64,000 nt of DNA, taken from the NCBI GenBank assembly GCA_951406725.2, contig OX597819.1, positions 55,738,001-55,802,000 on the forward strand, written 5' to 3'. Made by a program: the position numbers and the translations under genes. The notes under the pieces are model-generated. The model worked only from the letters and a program-made list of their open reading frames with translations, searched no databases and had not been told where the DNA came from. Positions 63,121 to 64,000 of the stretch are shown here, piece after piece (the first letter of the stretch is position 1; every line of letters begins with the position of its first letter). The stretch is from Octopus vulgaris. Taxonomy: Eukaryota.

Positions 63121-64000
63121 TGTGGACGGCAAAATTTCACAAACAACACAGAACAGCCATACCCGGAAGCAATGCAATACAATGACAGATTCGTACTGAA
63201 TCAGAGAAGAAATAAATATTTCTTTTCATTACTAAAAATTTTAGATTTAGAGTTTGAGTACAATAGAACAATCAGTTATATTTGAAATATTTTAGGAAAG
63301 ATTTTATACACCTGTGTTATAGAATTTATTTGCGAAAAATAAACCAACCTAACTCAATATCGCAGTAAATTACATATTTGTTAATGTTAATATTAATGTT
63401 CCCACAATCCCACGTTCTTTTACACACTGCCAACACCGGTCATCGTAAGTCTATTGACACTCCTCCTTCGTGTTTCTCATATATTTACAGATTTGATCAG
63501 TTTTGTCGAACATATTGTTTAAATTCTTCAATATTATATTGCCCGGATCGGTGTTATTCTATCATTTATCATAATTTCGTCTGCGATATATCGATACTTG
63601 GAGTCAACTTAAGCTCGCATCTGTTATTGTTGTTGCTAATGCTTACGTGGCATTTAACTCAGGCAAACGTTTAGGTCTCACGGTTCTTCGTAAATACAAA
63701 CTGTTTAATCTGCGACGATTTACGTTTATCAAACTTCGTAAACATAAACAAAATCCGCTTTACTACGAAATCAGAGAAATAATAAAAGAGCAGTATTTCC
63801 ACTTGACTGCATTTATTATTCAATTAATTGGTTCAAATCATCAACGGAATTGCACGTTTTTCAGTTGAAACGTTCATTCATTGGGTCTACATTATTCTAC
63901 ACCAATATCTGGCTTCCTATTTAATGAGAAGATATTGTTTTTTCATCAAATTAACGAAAATAATTATTAATAGTTTTATCGTTTGTAAAAACGTCTGATT

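Larger units (their letters stand above)
62480..64000. promoter_or_regulatory. CpG-retaining, repeat-poor region: likely promoter/5'UTR of the - strand gene
   Basis: Visibly more CG dinucleotides and no SINEs. Candidate - strand 5'UTR intron with donor CAC|GTAAGC at 63646 and acceptor ttctctgattcag at 63196. Confidence 0.45.

Noticed and set aside
63647-63868. Arg/Lys-rich ORFs on both strands near the window end
   Set aside because: No in-frame ATG and no recognisable homology; more likely 5'UTR or promoter sequence.

Overview
Repeat-dense, AT-rich eukaryotic DNA, almost certainly from an Octopus genome (tRNA-derived octopus-type SINEs, RTE/CR1/Tx1 LINE debris, mariner/Tc1 fossils, long microsatellites, cephalopod-type retinochrome). 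Two host genes can be rebuilt by hand from splice signals. (1) A + strand retinochrome (photoisomerase opsin) with five phase-consistent coding exons at 19509-19668, 24352-24479, 34399-34495, 37280-37499 and 39808-40023; its first coding exon is not confidently found. (2) A convergent - strand gene for a probable mitochondrial ribosomal protein bL34m/MRPL34 (coding exons 63120-63065 and 56863-56428, 163 aa). The most unusual signal is a set of short non-coding elements, three of them near-perfect palindromes (6824-7221, 19129-19395, 40458-40643), that fold by eye into minimal type-I hammerhead ribozymes like those of Penelope-like elements. Their cores co-vary at the 3:8 tertiary pair (C:G, G:C, U:A) and most carry one extra purine before stem II. 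One copy lies downstream of a tRNA-like Pol III head and one just 3' of the retinochrome stop codon. All folding and alignment was done by eye; no database search was run.
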